Shown here: positions 63,171 through 64,000 of the stretch, in pieces
Layout of the letters: each line of letters starts with the position of its first letter
Position numbering within the stretch: position 1 is the stretch's first letter
Source of the DNA: Azolla caroliniana
Lineage: Eukaryota; Plantae; Polypodiophyta
DNA length: 64,000 nucleotides
Assembly: GCA_043228905.1 (NCBI GenBank)
Contig: JBHGNT010000020.1
Coordinates: 5,146,001 to 5,210,000, forward strand
Reading direction: 5' to 3'
The notes under the pieces: generated by a model
Database searches by the model: none
What the model was told of the DNA's origin: nothing
What the model saw: only the letters and a program-made list of their open reading frames with translations
Program-made: the position numbers and the translations under genes

Positions 63171-63684
63171 AAAAACTGGAGCTAGTGTTGAAGCAAAGAG
63201 TTCTACATATGTACCTCAAGAGCTTCACAAACAAGTAACTCATTCTCTACCTCAAGAGAAGGTTGAGATCTTCAAATCTCTAGAGGGGTGGGCCGAAGCT
63301 GAGATCTTACCTTTCCTAAAGACAGTAGAGAAGAGTTGGCAACCTCAAGATTTTCTCCCAGAGCCTTCATCTGATGAATTCTACGATGAAGTGAGAGAGA
63401 TCAGGGCTAGGGCTAAAGAGCTTCCTGATGATTATTTGGTGTGTCTGGTTGGTGATATGATCACCGAGGAGGCTTTGCCTACTTACCAGACTATGTTGAA
63501 TACTCTTGATGGTGTTAGAGATGAGACAGGGGCGAGCCTTACGTCCTGGGCGAGATGGACTAGGGCGTGGACCGCTGAAGAAAACCGGCATGGAGACTTG
63601 TTGAATAAGTATCTCTATCTTACAGGGAGGGTTAACATGAGGGCCATCGAGCAGACCATCCAGTATTTGATTGGATCTGGGATG
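63171..63684 (+). CDS. SAD: Plastid acyl-ACP (stearoyl-ACP delta-9) desaturase exon 2; gene continues beyond the window
   Basis: Acceptor TTTTTCAG; [48 protein letters not shown] (di-iron EENRH); donor after IGSGM|GTGAGT, the usual intron position for this family. Confidence 0.97.
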
Positions 63685-64000
63685 GTGAGTTTGTTGTCTA
63701 GGTTATAGCGTAATTCTGGCCTGTGTGTGTATATATTATATGTATGTGCTAATTTCTTGCACGTGATGTTATAGTTATAGTGCATTATCTGCTCAAATTG
63801 TATCATAATGCTGGTGTATGAAAGATGCATGGCATATATAATATCTATGTTCATTTATCGATGATGATATTTCAGTTGTTAATTTCTTGAGGTCTTGTCT
63901 GTTTTGACTTGATTCTGGCCTTGTGTGTATGTGTGGTTTGATTTGATTTGATTGCGGCAGTATTATTATTGTGTGTGTATAGTTTGATTTGATTGTGGTA

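Overview
Land-plant nuclear DNA, probably from a seed-free plant such as a fern (inferred from the TE lineages present). About 61 kb is a dense nest of LTR retrotransposons, followed by the promoter and first two exons of a plastid stearoyl-ACP desaturase gene (62287 onward, + strand). I resolve three Ty1/Copia families (working names Copia-A, -B, -C) and three Ty3/Gypsy types: Gypsy-A (Athila/Phygy-like, tRNA-Arg primed), Gypsy-B (PFLDDIPIKG-type RT, TGTCGTG..CACGACA ends) and a Tcn1/chromovirus-like fragment. Several insertions keep their target-site duplications (TSDs), so the nesting order can be read. Most notable: (1) a TSD-flanked Gypsy-A element with three LTRs, where the extra 5' LTR is joined through an apparently tRNA-templated 18-nt PBS that differs from the family PBS; (2) a ~930-codon extra sense ORF in that element; (3) a pol-less, tRNA-Trp-primed element carrying a gag-derived repeat ORF; (4) a conserved post-RNase H tail and a PPT-enclosing hairpin in Copia-B; (5) strong CCGG enrichment in unrelated TE families. 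All TE reading frames are disrupted. Family names and clade calls come from reading motifs by eye, not from database searches.
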